DNA from: Pseudomonas aeruginosa
GTDB taxonomy: Bacteria; Pseudomonadota; Gammaproteobacteria; Pseudomonadales; Pseudomonadaceae
NCBI RefSeq assembly: GCF_001457615.1
Contig: NZ_LN831024.1
Location: forward strand, 3,390,001-3,422,000
Length of the DNA: 32,000 nt
Direction: 5' to 3'
Numbering within the stretch: position 1 is the first letter of the stretch; each line of letters starts with the position of its first letter. Under the pieces are notes generated by a model that saw only the letters and a program-made list of their open reading frames with translations, was not told the DNA's origin and did not search any database. Below, piece after piece: positions 27,624-32,000 of the stretch. The position numbers were made by a program, and so were the translations under genes.

Positions 27624-28856
27624 ATGGGTATGCGAGAAGCGAACGACAACGCATCGGGCCTCAAGGCCCATCCCCTGGGCTCGCTCGAGACGATCGCGAT
27701 CATCATCGGCACCAACATCGGCGCCGGCGTGCTGAGCATGGCCTACGCCGCCCGCAAGGTCGGCTACGTGCCGTTGCTGGTATGCCTGGCCCTGACCTGC
27801 CTCTTCTGCATCGTCACCATGCTCTACGTGACCGAAGCCTGCCTGAGAACCCGCGGCAACAACCAGCTCAGCGGCCTCTCCCGGCGTTACCTGGGCCCGC
27901 TCGGCGGCTGGCTGATCTTCATCGCGGTGGCGGCCAACAGCTACGGGGCCCTGGTCGCCTACATGACCGGCAGCGGCAACATCATGCTCGAGTTCTTCGG
28001 CCAGTACGGCCTCACGCGCGAGGTCGGCAGCCTGATCTTCTTCGTCCCCTCGGCGCTGGTGCTCTACCTGGGCCTGAAGGCGCTCGGCGTGGGCGAGAAG
28101 CTGATCAGCGCCGGCATGGTGGCCATCGTCTGCATCCTCATCGGCGCTACCCTGATGCACGACGACGCCCGTCTCGCCCACCTTTGGCAGAGCCAGTGGC
28201 AATACGTGGTTCCAGTGTTCAACCTGGCGGTCTTCGTGTTCGGCGCGCAGTTCCTGGTTCCGGAGCTGGTGCGCGGCAACCTGGCAACCCCCGGGCGCCT
28301 GCCGCGCCTGATCGTGGTCGGCATGCTGCTGACCTTCCTGCTGGTGGCGGCCATTCCTGCCTCGGTCATCGCCCTGGTCGGCCCCGACAACCTCAGCGAG
28401 GTGGCGACCTTGAGCTGGGGACGCTCCCTCGGCCAATGGGCCTACTACGTGGCGAACACCTTCGCCTTGCTGGCGATGCTGACCTCCTACTGGGGACTCG
28501 GCGGGTGCCTGTTCACCAATATCTTCGACCACTTCCGCCTGGGCAGCGAAACCAACCGGCGCAAACGCCTGGCGGTGCTCGCCGCGGTCTCGGTCCCGCC
28601 GTTCCTGCTGGCCTATGCGGGGCTCGGCGGCTTCGTGAACGCGCTGTACTTCGCCGGTACCTTCGGCGGCGTACTGATGGGCATCATCCCCATCCTCCTG
28701 CTCAACGCGGCGCGGCGCCACGGCGACCAACTGCCGGCATTCAGCTGCGGCTGGTATGCCCATCCGCTGATACAGGGGCTGATCGTCCTGGTGTTCGCCT
28801 CCAGCGGGGTCTACGCGATCGCCTCGGCACTGGGGATGCTGCCCGCCAGTTGGTGA
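27624..28856 (+). CDS. amino-acid permease, aromatic/hydroxy amino acid (Trp/Tyr) permease-like
   Basis: ETIAIIIGTNIGAGVLSMAYAARKVGYVPLLVCLALTCLFCIVTMLYVTEACL; about 10-11 hydrophobic helices. Confidence 0.85.
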   Translation: MGMREANDNASGLKAHPLGSLETIAIIIGTNIGAGVLSMAYAARKVGYVPLLVCLALTCLFCIVTMLYVTEACLRTRGNNQLSGLSRRYLGPLGGWLIFIAVAANSYGALVAYMTGSGNIMLEFFGQYGLTREVGSLIFFVPSALVLYLGLKALGVGEKLISAGMVAIVCILIGATLMHDDARLAHLWQSQWQYVVPVFNLAVFVFGAQFLVPELVRGNLATPGRLPRLIVVGMLLTFLLVAAIPASVIALVGPDNLSEVATLSWGRSLGQWAYYVANTFALLAMLTSYWGLGGCLFTNIFDHFRLGSETNRRKRLAVLAAVSVPPFLLAYAGLGGFVNALYFAGTFGGVLMGIIPILLLNAARRHGDQLPAFSCGWYAHPLIQGLIVLVFASSGVYAIASALGMLPASW

Positions 28857-28919
28857 CACGGCGCGCTGCCTGCGCCCGGGGCGATTACACTGAAGGCCCA
28901 TGCCTGGAGTTTCCTGGAC

Positions 28920-30467
28920 ATGCCGCAGAGCATCCGCCACCTGATCGCCCTCCCCGAACTCCGTTCACGCCTGCTGAGCGGAGCCGGCGGCCTCGACCGC
29001 CCGGTTCGCTGGGCGCATGTCTGCGAACTCGACGACCCCACCGAATGGCTCGGCGAGGGTGACCTGCTGATGACCACCGGGCTGGGCATACCGAGCGAGG
29101 CCGAGCGGCAACGGCGTTACATCCGAAGACTGGCCGAGGCCGGCCTGGCAGGCATGATGATCGGCGAGAACATGGAAGCCCCGAGCGACCTCGATGCCCT
29201 GCGCGAGACGGCCGAGGCCCTGGGCTTCCCGTTGATTCTCACCCACTACGGCGTCCCTTTCGCCGCCGTGACCCGGGCCATCGTCGATGCGGGGCAGAAA
29301 GACGAATACGAGCGCCGCAACGCCCTGGCCCGGATATACGAAAGCGCCCGGCTGAGCATGCAGGGTCTGGGCCTGCCGGCGCTGCTGCAACGCCTCGGCA
29401 AGGACGTGCGAAGCAGCCTCTACCTCATCGTTCCCGACACCCTGGCGGCCTGGCAGCCAGGCCTGCCAGGGCTGCCCGTGGAGTTGGCCGACGCGCTGCG
29501 CAACCGCCGTCGCGAGCAGGCGGAGCCGCAGCCGATGGTCCTTCGCCATCCGCTCGCGGAAGGCGAAGCGCTCAGCATCGGCATTCCTTCCGACCGGAAC
29601 TGCCTGCTGATAGCCCTGGGCGAGCGGCTGCCGGACTACAGTCTCCTGCACCACCTGACGGCAGTGCTCGGCATAGAGATCGAACGGCTGCGCGTCGAAA
29701 GCGAACGCCACCTGCGCCTGGGTTCGGAATTGCTCGACGACCTGCTGCAACGACGGCTATACCGGGAACAAGCCGAGGAGCGGCTGGAGGAACTGCTGCC
29801 CGGGCTCGACCTCGACGATGCAGTCGTTTCCATGGCAAGTTCCGAGGGGCTCGCGACCGACCCTATCGGTCTTTTCCGGGGCCACGACTCACGCCTGCTG
29901 GTTCGCGCGCAGGGCCAGGAAATCATTCTGCTGCACCAGGCCGGCCTCGCCTCGAAGCTGCAGGAAGCCCTGGACAGCTCGCTGGGCGTGAGCGCCCCGC
30001 TCCGTCGTGCCGAACGTTGCGCCGAGGCCTTGCGCGAAGCGCGCCTGGCCCTGGCCCACAGCCATTCCCGGCGACCGTTGTGTCGCTACGCGGAACTGGA
30101 CGACGAGGCGCCCTGGCTACCCAGAAGCCTCGCCGAGGCTGAGCGGGCGTTCCGCCTGGTCCTCGGCGCCCTCCACGACTATGACGCGGCCAATGGCTCT
30201 GCACTGCTATACACGCTGCAGGTCTTTCTCGAGGAAAACAGGTCCTGGTTGAACGCCGCGCAGCGGCTACACATACACAAGCAGAGCCTGGTCTACCGGA
30301 TACGCCGCATCGAGGAAATCAGCGGTCGCTCGCTGGACAGCACCGCCGATGTGGCGACCCTCTGGTTCGCCTTGCAGGCAACCCGGCTGTCGCCGGAAGC
30401 GAGGGGCAGGACGGCGAAGAGCAGCCTCCTGGAGCAGTCCGCGCACCATGGCGGCGACATGGACTGA
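28920..30467 (+). CDS. PucR/CdaR-family transcriptional regulator
   Basis: N-terminal PucR domain (RPVRWAHVCELDDPTEWLGEGDLLMTTGLGIP) and C-terminal HTH LQVFLEENRSWLNAAQRLHIHKQSLVYRIRRIEEISGRSLDSTADVATLWFALQ. Confidence 0.9.
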   Translation: MPQSIRHLIALPELRSRLLSGAGGLDRPVRWAHVCELDDPTEWLGEGDLLMTTGLGIPSEAERQRRYIRRLAEAGLAGMMIGENMEAPSDLDALRETAEALGFPLILTHYGVPFAAVTRAIVDAGQKDEYERRNALARIYESARLSMQGLGLPALLQRLGKDVRSSLYLIVPDTLAAWQPGLPGLPVELADALRNRRREQAEPQPMVLRHPLAEGEALSIGIPSDRNCLLIALGERLPDYSLLHHLTAVLGIEIERLRVESERHLRLGSELLDDLLQRRLYREQAEERLEELLPGLDLDDAVVSMASSEGLATDPIGLFRGHDSRLLVRAQGQEIILLHQAGLASKLQEALDSSLGVSAPLRRAERCAEALREARLALAHSHSRRPLCRYAELDDEAPWLPRSLAEAERAFRLVLGALHDYDAANGSALLYTLQVFLEENRSWLNAAQRLHIHKQSLVYRIRRIEEISGRSLDSTADVATLWFALQATRLSPEARGRTAKSSLLEQSAHHGGDMD

Positions 30468-30712
30468 CGGCGGAGCCCGATACCTGGCGCTTGCAGGGCG
30501 ACGCCGCCGCCAACAGGCGCGGCCAGGAACGGTTGCCTGGCAGCGGCGTGGCCTGTGGATGCCGGACCACGGTGCATCGCAGCGAGCGTCTTTGCGAATG
30601 CATTAATCCCCCTTGCTAGCTAGCCACCCCGCCGCTGGAGCGGCGCGGCCCGCGCTTCTAGGCTCGAACGGTAAGACGGAAGCCCATCGGCGCGGCGCAA
30701 AGGAGGCCTGCG

Positions 30713-30904
30713 ATGCGTAACGGAATCGACGCTGTATCCGCCCCGCTACCCACCCTGTTCGTATCTCCGCCGGCGGTCTTCACCGCCTCCCTCGAGCGAC
30801 TTCCCCCACGCGCTCGGCAGGCCCCCGCCGCCCAGCGCCCGCCGGGGTCGCCCGGCATTCCCGGCAGCGCCCGGTTGCAGACTGGCGCCACCACGTCTCA
30901 CTGA
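30713..30904 (+). CDS. possible 63-aa small ORF
   Basis: Optimal SD AGGAGG about 7 nt before ATG, in the 570-nt gap before the halovibrin-like gene; low-complexity Pro/Ala/Arg sequence. Confidence 0.25.
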   Translation: MRNGIDAVSAPLPTLFVSPPAVFTASLERLPPRARQAPAAQRPPGSPGIPGSARLQTGATTSH

Positions 30905-31035
30905 CGTCCCAACGCCGACGGCCATACCGTCGCAAGCGCTTCATCCCCCCGCGATCCGCCCGTCGCGCTCGTCCCCATCGGGACCAACCGGGCCGCCCCC
31001 GGCCCGCTCCTTCGAACCTGCGTGGAGTCCATCCC

Positions 31036-32000
31036 ATGAACGGAAGCAGATCCACCTTTCTCTACCTTCTCGCCGCCGCCGGCCTGGCGCTGACACCCGC
31101 GGCCCAGGCCGACCGGGGCAACGACGTGGTCGCCCGGCTCAACCAGTTGTACAACGACACCCGCCAGGATTGCGGCGGACCGTCGAAGCCGGCATTCCTC
31201 TGTTCCGGCGTGCTGTTCCGCGCCACCTGGCCTTCGACCGACTACATGTTCTACAGCATCAGTCCGAAGAGCCAGAAAAGCGGCGGCGTCTCCGCCTCCT
31301 ACCTGCGCAAGGACGCCAAGTACCGCAAGCTCGCCTATGGCCTGAAGAGTGGCTTCATCTTCGACACCATCTTCGGTAATCCGAAGGACCACCAGGACTA
31401 TGCGGTGCTCTGTTCCTTCCCCATCGACGCCGCCACCGACGACCGCGCCCAGCAGGGTTGCACCGATTCGCGGCGCACGCCGAACAGCGTCGAGAAGTCC
31501 TGCCAGGACATCAACGTCAGCACCGCCGAGCAGTGGGCGGCGAACTACCGGCAGAACCGCGGCGACCATTCGCGGCAGTGCTCCTTCGACGTCCGCGACG
31601 AGCGCAATACCGCCGCCGGCCCGGCCTTCTACCAGAGCATCCGGGCGATGGCGCAGATCGCCGACGAATCCTTCACCACCCAGAACGAACTGCGCCTGGC
31701 CAAGTGGGAGGAAAACCCGCCGAAGTCGCCGTCGATCCTCGCCGCGTTCTACACCGAGGACGCCGGCCTGGAGGGCGCTCGGCTCAACCAGATCCAGTGG
31801 TATCAGTCGGTCCAGGCATTCCTCCCGATCATCAACATGCGACTGCCGCAGACCCGCCAGCAGGACGCGCAGTTCGCCTACGACGGGCGTAAGCAGGCGA
31901 TCTACCCGACCAGCGAGAAGAATGCCTGCGAGCGCTATGTGGAAAGCGCCACCTGGGTGGAGCGCGACGATCCGGGCTTCAGGAAGAAGATCATGACCCT
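31036..32000 (+). CDS. halovibrin-like (HvnA-type) secreted protein, C-terminus truncated by the window
   Basis: MNGSRSTFLYLLAAAGLALTPAAQADRGNDVVARLNQLYNDTRQDCGGPSKPAFLCSGVLFRATWPSTDYMFYSISPKSQKSGGVSASYLRKDAKYRKLAYGL... open to the window end, so absent from the ORF track. Family recalled from knowledge of P. aeruginosa. Confidence 0.75.
   Translation, partial: MNGSRSTFLYLLAAAGLALTPAAQADRGNDVVARLNQLYNDTRQDCGGPSKPAFLCSGVLFRATWPSTDYMFYSISPKSQKSGGVSASYLRKDAKYRKLAYGLKSGFIFDTIFGNPKDHQDYAVLCSFPIDAATDDRAQQGCTDSRRTPNSVEKSCQDINVSTAEQWAANYRQNRGDHSRQCSFDVRDERNTAAGPAFYQSIRAMAQIADESFTTQNELRLAKWEENPPKSPSILAAFYTEDAGLEGARLNQIQWYQSVQAFLPIINMRLPQTRQQDAQFAYDGRKQAIYPTSEKNACERYVESATWVERDDPGFRKKIMT

Noticed and set aside
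1-32000. CRISPR array, tRNA/rRNA, transposase or phage genes
   Set aside because: No regularly spaced repeats, RNA gene signatures or recombinase/transposase motifs were recognised by reading the sequence and the ORF translations.

Overview
The window looks like Pseudomonas aeruginosa chromosome, recognised from protein families and gene order (around PA1914-PA1934 as recalled, not database-checked). The left edge (about 1-2400) differs: lower GC and the C-terminal part of an AAA_13/RloC-like ATPase with a zinc-hook CxxC. The rest contains: (i) a three-subunit molybdopterin/FAD/2Fe-2S hydroxylase operon; (ii) a soluble double-PAS, BdlA-like chemoreceptor; (iii) a small protein plus a RimJ-type acetyltransferase; (iv) metE with a leader hairpin that sequesters the Shine-Dalgarno; (v) an OsmC-YcaO fusion; (vi) a tightly coupled operon of TonB receptor, exported CobN-like chelatase, ExbB/TolQ-like and DUF2149/ExbD-like proteins, divergent from a SAM methyltransferase across a Zur-box-like palindrome; (vii) a class III ribonucleotide reductase locus with an Anr/Dnr box and tandem NrdR-like boxes; (viii) an FAD-oxidoreductase/cupin/amino-acid permease/PucR-regulator cluster; (ix) a halovibrin-like secreted protein truncated at the right edge. 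The two strongest items for follow-up are the nrdD region, where the glycyl-radical motif (RVMGYHRP) is on a separate 48-aa ORF between nrdD and nrdG, and the signal-peptide-bearing CobN-like protein linked to a TonB receptor and its own energising proteins. No CRISPR array, tRNA, rRNA or intact mobile element was seen.
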